A stretch of DNA of 47,280 nucleotides, taken from positions 1 to 47,280 of the IMG/VR virus record IMGVR_UViG_3300037722_001730, one strand, 5' to 3'. Each line of letters begins with the position of its first letter. Position 1 is the stretch's first letter. Position numbers and translations under genes: made by a program. Under the pieces are notes generated by a model, which saw nothing but the letters and a program-made list of their open reading frames with translations, searched no databases and was not told the DNA's origin. The stretch is from a virus. Its lineage: Duplodnaviria; Caudoviricetes. Positions 8,853-17,489 of this stretch are shown here, piece after piece.

Positions 8853-9254
8853 CTACCGGACCCTAAAACACCAACGCTGCCGGAGCGTTGGCTCATAGGT
8901 GAGACCTCGGTCTGACGCGAACGCGGTTTGCTGGCCCATGCAAATCCCGATCGCCTGCTTACCGTCATCGTCCTCGCGCACGATCACGTCACCGCGCTGA
9001 GCAAAGGCGATCGGGGCAGGATCGCCGAAGAGACTCGCGAGACATTCAATCAGCGAGGCGTGACCTGCAGCGTGCATTGCGGTCAACGCTTCCGGCATCA
9101 GCATGCCTCGATATGGCAAAAGGGGATCCTCGTCCGTCATGGCCAGCACGCAGTCCGCGGCGAAGACCGCGCAGTAGTAGTCGTCGGAGAACGTCCTCTC
9201 CCCCGCCGCGGCGATCGCAGCGGCGAGTCGTTCGGGCCAGTCACGGCGCCTCAT
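8853..9254 (-). CDS. Tail tip assembly protein, NlpC/P60-like (DUF6950-type)
   Basis: Start reassigned to MRRRDWPERL; CAVFAADCV and AQRGDV motifs. Confidence 0.8.
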   Translation of the reverse strand: MRRRDWPERLAAAIAAAGERTFSDDYYCAVFAADCVLAMTDEDPLLPYRGMLMPEALTAMHAAGHASLIECLASLFGDPAPIAFAQRGDVIVREDDDGKQAIGICMGQQTAFASDRGLTYEPTLRQRWCFRVR

Positions 9255-9892
9255 AGGTTCAGGTATGGGTGATAGGTCGGAGTATCGGGATGTCTCGACG
9301 GCTGTCGCGGCGATGAGTGATGGGTCTGCACCGGCTTTCTGCCCCACAAGAGCGGCTCGTCCATGCGCGTCGCAAACTCCATGCCCAGATCGCCGGGGAA
9401 TAGGTACTGCTGATGCGCGTGCGACAGCTGCAGCCAGCGACGCTTCGATAGCCTCGCGAGTTCCGATGCGAGTCGCACCGTGATCGCACCGGTTGAACCG
9501 GAGTCTTCGATCGAGATTTCGTCGATGAAGCCTGGGAAGATTTCGTATCCCTCGGTGACGGTTCCCGCCGCGGGATCGAGCAGCCACATGAAGAGCGACG
9601 CATCCATCCCGACCGGATCGGTGGTCACGATCTCGTTGCGGACCGCATCGTCGAGATAGTTCAGCTTGAGCTCCATCCCGATGTCGTTCTTCGACAGGCT
9701 CTCGGCCACCTTGTCCAAATCGATCAGCGTGCCCACGCCGGTCCACTGCTCACCGTCCCACGCGCGAGCTCCGACCCCTGACCAAAACCGGCCCGCCCCG
9801 CCTGGCCAGTCTGCATACAGCGCGAGTGCGAGCGGGGCCTCGTCTGCGCTCAGCGCCGCTTCCAACGCAGAGGGTAGCCCGCGCTCAGACAC
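9251..9892 (-). CDS. Minor tail/hub protein (gpL-like)
   Basis: WSGVG...WTGVG and QQYLFPGDLGMEF motifs; synteny. Confidence 0.8.
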   Translation of the reverse strand: MSERGLPSALEAALSADEAPLALALYADWPGGAGRFWSGVGARAWDGEQWTGVGTLIDLDKVAESLSKNDIGMELKLNYLDDAVRNEIVTTDPVGMDASLFMWLLDPAAGTVTEGYEIFPGFIDEISIEDSGSTGAITVRLASELARLSKRRWLQLSHAHQQYLFPGDLGMEFATRMDEPLLWGRKPVQTHHSSPRQPSRHPDTPTYHPYLNL

Positions 9893-10487
9893 CGACCAGC
9901 GCCTCTTGGAACGGGATCGTAAACGCGCCCATGTTGAGATCGTCGGTGAGCCTGCTGGGTATCGACATGAGCTCGAGCAGCAGCACGGGCGTGTTGAAGA
10001 TCACCGGATCGTTGTCGGCCGGCGACACGCGAAGTGCGGGCTTGAATGGGATCGTGACTTCGCCGCTGCCGTTGCTCGGGGCGTTCGCCGCAACCTTTTT
10101 GTATTCATCCCTCACCTGGAAGTACTCACCCTTGCGGACGATCAACGTACTCGCGGCGACGCCGTCGACGATCAGCGAGGTTCCGGACTGACCGGCACCT
10201 AGAACCAGCCCAGACGTGGCACCGCTCAGCGGCCCGCTGTAGTCAGGATTGCCGATCGTGAAACGGCCATACAGGCCAACCTCGACGAGGAAATCGAACA
10301 GCGTGTCGACATCGGCGGGGGATAGCTCAGGAGTTTGGATGAACCCGACCCAACGATCTGCGGTGCCGCCAGCGAGCGTGACCACCTGTCGCTGCCGCGT
10401 AAAGATGCTCTCGGTTTGAGCTTTGTTCTCGTCCAGATCAAACCGAAAGCTGCTGATCTTGATCGACGTCGGGAACGGAACACTCAC
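9885..10487 (-). CDS. Distal tail protein
   Basis: GTG start overlapping the TMP stop; FKPALRVSPAD motif; synteny. Confidence 0.75.
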   Translation of the reverse strand: MSVPFPTSIKISSFRFDLDENKAQTESIFTRQRQVVTLAGGTADRWVGFIQTPELSPADVDTLFDFLVEVGLYGRFTIGNPDYSGPLSGATSGLVLGAGQSGTSLIVDGVAASTLIVRKGEYFQVRDEYKKVAANAPSNGSGEVTIPFKPALRVSPADNDPVIFNTPVLLLELMSIPSRLTDDLNMGAFTIPFQEALVGV

Positions 10488-12409
10488 CGCCGCCCCCCGA
10501 GTTCCTTCATCACTGCATCGCGGGCGGTTTTCGCGGCGACTTGGGCGCCGGCTGCCATTTGCGCGTGCCACTGCGGCGGCAAGCCCACCTGCAGATGCTG
10601 CTCGACGCGAACGTTGATGCCGCCGCCGGCCATCGCAAGCCGCTGCGATTGTGCGTTGCTGATAATCCTACCGGGCGTGTCCGGGACCCACAGCTCAGGG
10701 CCGTGCTCGCCCACCAAGGACGCGCGACCCATTGGCGGTCGGCCGCCGCCGGAGAAGCCCAGCAGTCCGCCGATGATGTTGCTCGTGGTGTCTGATTCAT
10801 CGTCCTTGCCGATCTTGCTGAGCGAGTTGGCGATGGCCTCGGCCAGCGGCTTCAAGGTCGTCATCCGGATGATGAGCTCGGCCAAGTCCTTGGTGAACCC
10901 GCGCACCGCGTTACGCAGCTTGCCGCTGAACAACGCCTCGATGCCGCGGCTTTCGAACGTCGCGACAAAGGCGGCGGCGAATTCCTTCATCTTGGTTTGC
11001 GCTTTCTCGCCGAGGGTCTTGATCTCTGCCGTGGCGCGCTCGTTGATCAGCACAATCGCGCGCGCGGCCTGATCGGCGTACTCGGGCGTCTCCTCGGCGA
11101 CTCGCTGCCATTGCGCGATCTGTTGGTCGGCATTGAGACGAATCGCTTCGGCCATTCGATCTTGCGCGCGCAGGGATTGCTCTTCGAGATCACCCAGGTT
11201 CCGCTCAAGCTCGCGGCGTGCCTCTTCCGCTCGGCGAGCGGGTTCTGCGCCGCCGGAGTTGGGATCGAAGTTGGTGATGCTGCCGGGCAACTGTCGCAAC
11301 AGCGCACCGACCGGAACAGTAGCGCCGCGTTCCAGTTGCGCGAGGCCGCGGCGCTGCTGCTCGGCTTCTTGCCGACGTCGTTCCGCCGCGTCCCTTTCAT
11401 CGCGGGCACGGCCACGCTCACCAAACGGCGTGCGCAGCGCGGAGATCCGTTCCTGCCGCTGTAAGTCCTCGAGGCGGTTGCGCGCGAAGTCCAAGGCTCC
11501 TTGCCCGCCCTCGAACGCGAACCTCATCGGCCCCGCATTCTCGAGCAGTTGGATCCGCTTTTGCGTTCTCTCGATGTCCTGTAGCAATCGAAGCTTTTCG
11601 ATCGCGTCTTTGCCGACTTCGTCGGTCAGCCCGAGGAGTTGAGAAAAGCCGACGCTCACATCGATGAGCGCGCCTTTCAGATCAGTGCCGATCGTCCCGA
11701 CGACCTTTTTGTAAGCGTCATCGAGCGCCTGTGCTGCCGCGATCTGAGATTCACTGAAGATGCCCTTCGCGGCGGCTTCGGCTTCGCGCATCGCCTGTGT
11801 GCCGATGCGTAAAGTCTGCGCGAGCTTCGGCCCGGCTTCGTCGCCGAAGAACGCCGACGCTATGGCTGCCGCACGCGCACCGCTCTCGACGCCCTCCAGA
11901 CGGCCAACGACAGCGTCGTACAGCTGCTCGGCCGTGCTGATCTTCCCGCTCGTGATGTCTTGCTCGAGTCCGAGTTGCTTAATGGCGGCTGCAGCAGGTC
12001 CACCGCCGGTCTGCACGAACAAACCGAGTCGCCGATTCAGGCGCTGCATGCTGGCGTCGAACTCGTTGGTCGTAACGCCGCTTTCCTCGAAGACCCGGCG
12101 CAAGCGCTGGAATCGATCGGCGCTGAAGTTGGCAACCCGCGCGGCATCTCCGATCGCGTCAGCAGTCTTGATCGCGCTCTGCCCAAAGCGCACGAGCCCT
12201 GTGACGCCGACGCTGATACCGAACGCGCCGAGCGCGGTCCGCAGTGTGCTGCCGAGCTTCTTAAAGCGCGAGTCGATTCGACTGACGTTGCCCTCGATCT
12301 TCTTCTCGAAGCTCGTGACGTCGCCGATGCCTTTGTTCAGTTCTTCGCGCAGGCCCGCAGTCGACGCCTCGATGAGGACGAGCAATTCCTCAAGCGTCTG
12401 TGTCGCCAT
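10484..12409 (-). CDS. Tail tape measure protein (641 aa)
   Basis: Ala/Gly-rich helical protein with C-terminal GG...VGEHGPELWVP motif. Confidence 0.92.
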   Translation of the reverse strand: MATQTLEELLVLIEASTAGLREELNKGIGDVTSFEKKIEGNVSRIDSRFKKLGSTLRTALGAFGISVGVTGLVRFGQSAIKTADAIGDAARVANFSADRFQRLRRVFEESGVTTNEFDASMQRLNRRLGLFVQTGGGPAAAAIKQLGLEQDITSGKISTAEQLYDAVVGRLEGVESGARAAAIASAFFGDEAGPKLAQTLRIGTQAMREAEAAAKGIFSESQIAAAQALDDAYKKVVGTIGTDLKGALIDVSVGFSQLLGLTDEVGKDAIEKLRLLQDIERTQKRIQLLENAGPMRFAFEGGQGALDFARNRLEDLQRQERISALRTPFGERGRARDERDAAERRRQEAEQQRRGLAQLERGATVPVGALLRQLPGSITNFDPNSGGAEPARRAEEARRELERNLGDLEEQSLRAQDRMAEAIRLNADQQIAQWQRVAEETPEYADQAARAIVLINERATAEIKTLGEKAQTKMKEFAAAFVATFESRGIEALFSGKLRNAVRGFTKDLAELIIRMTTLKPLAEAIANSLSKIGKDDESDTTSNIIGGLLGFSGGGRPPMGRASLVGEHGPELWVPDTPGRIISNAQSQRLAMAGGGINVRVEQHLQVGLPPQWHAQMAAGAQVAAKTARDAVMKELGGRR

Positions 12410-12563
12410 GAATCTCCTCGTACATCTCGATGATCGCCATCACTTCGTGAGGCGTAGCGCGCCAGAACTGGTCCGGCTGCCAGTGGAAGATCGAGCCCAT
12501 GAGGCCCATCAATCGGCGGTAGTCGTGCCGGTCGGAGTCGCCGGATCGGCTTTTCCTTCGTCC
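12390..12563 (-). CDS. Tail assembly chaperone, -1 frameshifted extension (gpT-like)
   Basis: The -1 frame after the slippery site reads ...IFHWQPDQFWRATPHEVMAIIE..., a typical TAC motif. Confidence 0.8.
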   Translation of the reverse strand, partial: GRRKSRSGDSDRHDYRRLMGLMGSIFHWQPDQFWRATPHEVMAIIEMYEEIHGDTDA

Positions 12564-12925
12564 TTTTTTTTTGGCTGGGCGCCGCCCGTGATCGCGTTCT
12601 TCAGGAACTGCTCGATCGGGTCCGTCGCGACGAGAAAGCCGCCGGCATAAATCAGCTCGCCGACTCGGTCGTAGGCGAAGGCCTGCAGCATCTTGTCGCC
12701 GCGATCGGCGCCCGCCGCGCGAATGCCCTCGGTGACGATGACGGACATTTCCTCTAGCGACAGCCCGACCTTCGGCAGCGCGAGACGAAAGACGAGCGAT
12801 GTCAGCGTCGATCCCGTCACGCGCTCAATCGCCTTCATAGCGGCGTACGACGGCCGCATCGGATACGGCTTGCCGTCGAGCAAGATCAGGACCTCGCCGC
12901 GCTCCTCGTTGACTTCGAAGGTCAC
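12509..12925 (-). CDS. Tail assembly chaperone (gpG-like)
   Basis: NEERGEV...MRPSYAAMKAIE; lies between tail tube and TMP. Confidence 0.85.
   Translation of the reverse strand: MTFEVNEERGEVLILLDGKPYPMRPSYAAMKAIERVTGSTLTSLVFRLALPKVGLSLEEMSVIVTEGIRAAGADRGDKMLQAFAYDRVGELIYAGGFLVATDPIEQFLKNAITGGAQPKKKDEGKADPATPTGTTTAD
12563..12572 (-). other. Programmed -1 ribosomal frameshift site A AAA AAG (A9G run)
   Basis: CCA AAA AAA AAG near the 3' end of the gpG-like ORF. Confidence 0.8.
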
Positions 12926-13354
12926 TTAGGCGGGCTCTAGCAGGTCCACGGTCGGCGGGGCCGCGAGCGTCGCCTGGAACGAGAACGTCGCGTTGTCGTC
13001 GTCGTCGGCTCCCATGCTGAAGTTTGAGGCAAACATGGACGCCGCGAACAGAACGTCGTCCGACGCCCACGGATCGAGCCGTATTTGAAAAGCGCCGGCC
13101 GTACGATTTTTCGACAGCGTGTGAACTCGCTCGATACCGTTCGGGTCTGGCACCTGCAATTTGCCGCTGCAGGTAATCGTGACCTGCGTCTTGCCGGCCG
13201 CCTGCACCGCGTACGCTCCGTCACCCTTGGCCGATTGGTCAATCAGGTTGGTCGTGCGCCCCTGCTGCAAGCTGACCTCGCCTGCAATGGCGTTGAACGT
13301 ACCGGCGCCGTCGTCGACGAAAAGTTTGTAATCCTGTCCGAGTCTACGTGCCAT
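12926..13354 (-). CDS. Major tail tube protein
   Basis: Start reassigned to MARRLGQDYKLFVDDG; GGAG SD; DDNATFSFQ motif. Confidence 0.85.
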   Translation of the reverse strand: MARRLGQDYKLFVDDGAGTFNAIAGEVSLQQGRTTNLIDQSAKGDGAYAVQAAGKTQVTITCSGKLQVPDPNGIERVHTLSKNRTAGAFQIRLDPWASDDVLFAASMFASNFSMGADDDDNATFSFQATLAAPPTVDLLEPA

Positions 13355-13383
13355 GGGGATACTCCGATTTCGAAGGATTCGAA

Positions 13384-13794
13384 CTAGGTGACGTCGGACG
13401 CTGCGGCGAAACCGCCGGCATTGAACCCGAGCTTGATCTGCGTGGCGCTGACACCGACGCCGATGATGGTCGTGAAGATACCCGCGGCAATGTCGCTCAC
13501 CGGGATGATTCCCCCGGCCGTGCCGAGCGCGTACGGCATGCCGACGACGACCGTGCCGCCGATGGTGATCAGCCCGTCCTCTTGGTATTGGATCGGCTGG
13601 TTGATCGCGCCGCCGTTGAGCGCAATGGCGAACGCGGCGGCATTGGCGGCGCTGTCGTTCACGGCTGCGACGACGGCAGCGCCATCTCGGCGAACGGCCT
13701 GGCCCGCAGTGATGGTGCCGGTGCCACCGGGGCGCGTGTCTTTCTTGCCTTCGCCGCCGACAACACTCGCGGCCGTGATCGTGATAGCTGCCAT
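13384..13794 (-). CDS. Virion structural protein, cement/decoration-like
   Basis: TITAGQAV...IALNGGAINQPI pattern; GAGGAG SD. Confidence 0.7.
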   Translation of the reverse strand: MAAITITAASVVGGEGKKDTRPGGTGTITAGQAVRRDGAAVVAAVNDSAANAAAFAIALNGGAINQPIQYQEDGLITIGGTVVVGMPYALGTAGGIIPVSDIAAGIFTTIIGVGVSATQIKLGFNAGGFAAASDVT

Positions 13795-13817
13795 GTCTCA
13801 TCTCTCCTCGGTGGGAA

Positions 13818-14219
13818 TCAACCGAAAACCGTGGCCTCGTATTCGAGCGCGAGATAACCGAACCAGTGCTGGCCGTCCTCGTCCGACTGCAGATCGAGTG
13901 ACGTTGCGGTCAACGTCAGATTCAACGCCGGCGGCACCTTTTGCAGTCGCGGCTCGATCGCTTCGGCCCATGCGTCGAGCTCGTCATCGAGCGTGTCCGT
14001 GTCGCCCTTGATGATCACGACGACCATCGCGCTGATGGTTCTCTCGAGCGTGCCGCTCTTGTCGGCGCGCTGGCTGCGCTCGTCGTCCGTGATGATCACC
14101 GCGGCCGGCAGTTTCGACTCGTCGATGTCCTTGACGCGATTCGTGTAGACGTTTTCGAACTCAAGTCCGTCGAGCGCGCCTTTGATGCCCTCGCGTACCC
14201 GCTGCCGAATGTGCGTCAC
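13818..14219 (-). CDS. Tail terminator/completion protein
   Basis: HIRQRVRE...LPAAVI...LDDELD pattern; synteny. Confidence 0.8.
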   Translation of the reverse strand: MTHIRQRVREGIKGALDGLEFENVYTNRVKDIDESKLPAAVIITDDERSQRADKSGTLERTISAMVVVIIKGDTDTLDDELDAWAEAIEPRLQKVPPALNLTLTATSLDLQSDEDGQHWFGYLALEYEATVFG

Positions 14220-14539
14220 GAGTGGACCGCCTTCAGCACCAAATCGAACGCGGTCTGTTCGTCGTCGGGGCGCACCGAGACGACTTCGAGATCGAATTCC
14301 CCGGCGAAGTCCACGAGCTCGCCGCGGAACAGCAGGTCGCCCTGCTTGGGCTCCGCGATGTCGCTCTTGAGAATCATGACCTCGCGACGCTGGGAGCTCA
14401 CGGCCGGTCCGCGATTACCTTCCACCTTGCGCCAGCCGCTGCTCGGGATGCCCTGCACTTCGAGCGTCGCGCTGCCATCGAAGTAGACGAACGGCTCTCC
14501 GAGGGCGTCGACGATCGAGGCAGCGGCGTCCTCGAACAC
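14216..14539 (-). CDS. Head-tail joining protein (gpFII-like)
   Basis: PKQGDLL and VVSVRPDD beta-barrel pattern; synteny. Confidence 0.75.
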   Translation of the reverse strand: MFEDAAASIVDALGEPFVYFDGSATLEVQGIPSSGWRKVEGNRGPAVSSQRREVMILKSDIAEPKQGDLLFRGELVDFAGEFDLEVVSVRPDDEQTAFDLVLKAVHS

Positions 14540-14544
14540 GTGCG

Positions 14545-14904
14545 TTAGGTGACGGCCGGCGCGACCTGGTTGATGTCGACCGCGATTTCGAGCACGCCGG
14601 CGCCTGCACTCTCGGCAGCGTAACCGCAGAAGAAGTCTCCGGACGCAGGCGTCGCCTGATCGTCATCGACGTTTCCGGCACTCACGTCCCAATAGACGCG
14701 CTGGCCTCGCGTGATGACCGCCCCAGTGACCTTCGGCAGCTTGTAGACGCCCTTGATGCCGTAGGTGATGACATCGCCAGACACGCCGGCCACCAGAGCG
14801 ATGCCGAGCTTGCCGGTACCGATGACGTCGACGTCGTTGACCAATACCGTCCCGGAGAGTGTGACGCTCTCGACATCACCGGGCTTAACGAATCTGTTCG
14901 ACAT
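14545..14904 (-). CDS. DUF2190-family capsid cement protein
   Basis: FVKPGD...GVYKLPK...GQRVYWD signature; AGGAG SD. Confidence 0.85.
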   Translation of the reverse strand: MSNRFVKPGDVESVTLSGTVLVNDVDVIGTGKLGIALVAGVSGDVITYGIKGVYKLPKVTGAVITRGQRVYWDVSAGNVDDDQATPASGDFFCGYAAESAGAGVLEIAVDINQVAPAVT

Positions 14905-14933
14905 GAGTCAGTCTCCTGCTCGTTGATTGAGTG

Positions 14934-17489
14934 TTACGAACCAGCGTTCGTCGTGGCGCCGCGCCAATCAGTCGCACCGACGCCGTAGTCGTGGCGAATC
15001 GACCAGCGCACGCCGTCGTAATCGAAGCCTTCCTCGACCTCGATGACCGGACTCTCTTCGCCCTCGAGGAAGACGACCTCGAACACCGGCGCAACCGCAG
15101 GATCCGCGAGCAGATACCATCGGTCACCGCTGAGCCGCGGCGTATCGACGATCGTGGAAAGCAAATCGCGAACGACATTCGGCTTCATGAACTTGCCTGT
15201 CGTCGCCGTGGTCTCGGCATCGAAGTCGAACTCGGCAGCCACCGCAACACGAACCGCTGCCCCTTGGCCGATCGGTCCAACCCACACCGCAGGCCGCAAG
15301 TCCAGGAAGTCCTGATTGTTCGGGTCCATCTGCTGTGCCATCAGGATCCGGCCCGCCTCGAGGCGCTCGATCGATGGCAGTCCGGCCGTGGTGTCGATGT
15401 TGCTGTGCCCCGCATCGAACAGCTCCAGACCATCGCCCATCGTCGGGCCGAGGCCGGCGTTCAACGCGAAGAGCGCAAACAGATCGATTTCGATGCCGCG
15501 TGCGGCTGCGCGCCCCAACATCGTGACGAGCCGCGAGAAACCGTCGACGTCGTCGTTGACGATCGCTTGCCGCGTCAAGCCGATGATGTTGCCGAAGGTC
15601 GTGGCCTTGATCGTTTCCTTCTCGCCGTCCGGGAAGTGCATCTGTGCGAACTCGCCCGATTCCAGCAGAGCGCTCAAGCGCGGCAAGCTGCCGAGCTTCA
15701 ACCGAGGATGATCACGGAAGTCCTGGACCGAACCGGTCGCGGCAACCATGCGCCACTTGTCCGGCGCCAACTCATAGGCCGCGAGCAGCATCTTGTGCAG
15801 CACGTTCTCGAGCAGCACGGGAAAGTCACTGCGCGTTCCAAGGCCGGGCCCGCCGGCTGCGCGAGGTGCAAGCGCGCGCTTGGCGATGTCCATCGGCGAC
15901 AGGCCGCGCAGTGAAATGCCGTCGCGCTCGAGCACATCGCGTGCGATATCGATCAGCCGCAAGCCACGGAATTGACCGGGGTCGAGACGCTTGATCTGCC
16001 CGGTCATCTTCTTGGTGTGTGCCTCGACCAGGCTGCGGCTACCGGCCTTGATGAGCAGCCACTGAGACAGGCCGTCCATCCGCTTGTCGTGCTCGTCCGC
16101 GTTCAGCGTGACACCAGGATTCGTGCCGTTGATGCGCGGCTTGTTCTTCGGGTCGGCGAGCCAGGCGAGGATCGCAGCGTTGCCGGCCGGCACGTCCACA
16201 GCGGTTGCGACGATGGTGGCGATTGCGTCAGTCGGCACGCCGTGCTGCCGGCCAACCGCTTCGATCGTGATCACGCGGGCGCGTTCCGCTGCGAGCGCGG
16301 TTTGCACTGCGGCTGCGACGTCGGTGACTTGACCGAGCGCCGGAACGGTAGCAGCCGCAGCCGGCTTTTTCGCGGCGAACGTGTGGCCGTCGGCCTCGGC
16401 AAGAGGGCGGAGTTCCTTGGTCGTGGAGCCGAGCACGTCCGCGAACGCGCGCAGCTGCGCCAGCGTCGGGAATGCCTTGCCCTCGACGATCTCGGTGACC
16501 TTGTCGACCGTCAATTCGGACTCTACGGCGAGGTCATCGATCACGTCCTCTTTCGTCGTGTCGGCCTTGATCATTGCTGCGATCAACGCGGCCAGCTTTG
16601 CTGCCAGTTTCTTCACGGTAGGCGCTCCTTTGTTGCCCTTGGTGATGCGCTTCGCGAGCGCCGCCGCCGGAATGATCGGCAAGCGTGCCTGAGCGGGCGC
16701 GAGAATTTCGTCGATAAATCCGGCCGCGAGCGCTTCTGTGGCGTTCAACCACGTGCCCTCGCCGCCATTGCGGCCCATCATTTCGAGGATCTGATCCTCG
16801 GTGTACTTGGTTCGGCGCGCGTAGATACCGGCCATGCTCTCGCCGTACTTCTCGAGCACCTCGGCCGCGGCGCGCAGGTCATCGGCGTTGCCGACCACGC
16901 CGGCACCCCACGGGTCGTGCAACATGAACAGGCCGTCTTCGGCCATGCTGATCTTTGCGCCAGCCATCGCGATGCAAGAGGCCATCGAGGCCGCGACGCC
17001 GATGATCTCGATCTCGATGCGCGCTTTGCTCTGCCGCAGGGCGTGGTAGATGCCGAGCCCCTCGTGCACGAGACCGCCTGGCGAGTTGACAAGCACGCGG
17101 ATAGTCTTGACGTCGCCGAGCTGTTTTACGGCTTCCAGGAAAACGGCGTTGGTGAGCGGCGCCTGCCCGATGGTCCCTATGACCTGGAGCTCGCCTGATT
17201 TGCCGACGTTGGCGTGAGCCTTTATGAGCTTGCGTTTCGTCACGGGCGCACCGTGCGCGCCGAGCGCCATGCTCAGCAAGCGTTTCCCGAACGTTCGCGG
17301 GAAATGCGACGTGGCCCACCAATCCCGTAGAGCGTCGCTGCTCGCGCAAACCGTCCACCGCTCGCGGTCGCTGCGGATCGGGCCGCGCTTCTGCTCGGCG
17401 AGCCGATAGACCTGCTTTGTCGAAACGGCGATTCCAGCGAGGCGGCTCAACTCCTCGGCGATTGCTCTCGCGCCTACGAGCTCAGTCAC
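14934..17489 (-). CDS. ClpP-type prohead protease-scaffold-major capsid protein fusion with HTH domains (alternative starts 17270/17243/16616)
   Basis: NSPGG, GVAASMAS, MLHDPW and GFIDEI (ClpP); SDFPVLL, LTRQAIVNDD and RHDYG (MCP). Confidence 0.92.
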   Translation of the reverse strand: MTELVGARAIAEELSRLAGIAVSTKQVYRLAEQKRGPIRSDRERWTVCASSDALRDWWATSHFPRTFGKRLLSMALGAHGAPVTKRKLIKAHANVGKSGELQVIGTIGQAPLTNAVFLEAVKQLGDVKTIRVLVNSPGGLVHEGLGIYHALRQSKARIEIEIIGVAASMASCIAMAGAKISMAEDGLFMLHDPWGAGVVGNADDLRAAAEVLEKYGESMAGIYARRTKYTEDQILEMMGRNGGEGTWLNATEALAAGFIDEILAPAQARLPIIPAAALAKRITKGNKGAPTVKKLAAKLAALIAAMIKADTTKEDVIDDLAVESELTVDKVTEIVEGKAFPTLAQLRAFADVLGSTTKELRPLAEADGHTFAAKKPAAAATVPALGQVTDVAAAVQTALAAERARVITIEAVGRQHGVPTDAIATIVATAVDVPAGNAAILAWLADPKNKPRINGTNPGVTLNADEHDKRMDGLSQWLLIKAGSRSLVEAHTKKMTGQIKRLDPGQFRGLRLIDIARDVLERDGISLRGLSPMDIAKRALAPRAAGGPGLGTRSDFPVLLENVLHKMLLAAYELAPDKWRMVAATGSVQDFRDHPRLKLGSLPRLSALLESGEFAQMHFPDGEKETIKATTFGNIIGLTRQAIVNDDVDGFSRLVTMLGRAAARGIEIDLFALFALNAGLGPTMGDGLELFDAGHSNIDTTAGLPSIERLEAGRILMAQQMDPNNQDFLDLRPAVWVGPIGQGAAVRVAVAAEFDFDAETTATTGKFMKPNVVRDLLSTIVDTPRLSGDRWYLLADPAVAPVFEVVFLEGEESPVIEVEEGFDYDGVRWSIRHDYGVGATDWRGATTNAGS
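17280..17307. promoter_or_regulatory. Inverted repeat between the N-terminal HTH and ClpP domains
   Basis: GCGTTTCCCG-AACGTTCG-CGGGAAATGC, 9/10 arm match; also contains the palindrome CGAACGTTCG. Confidence 0.45.
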
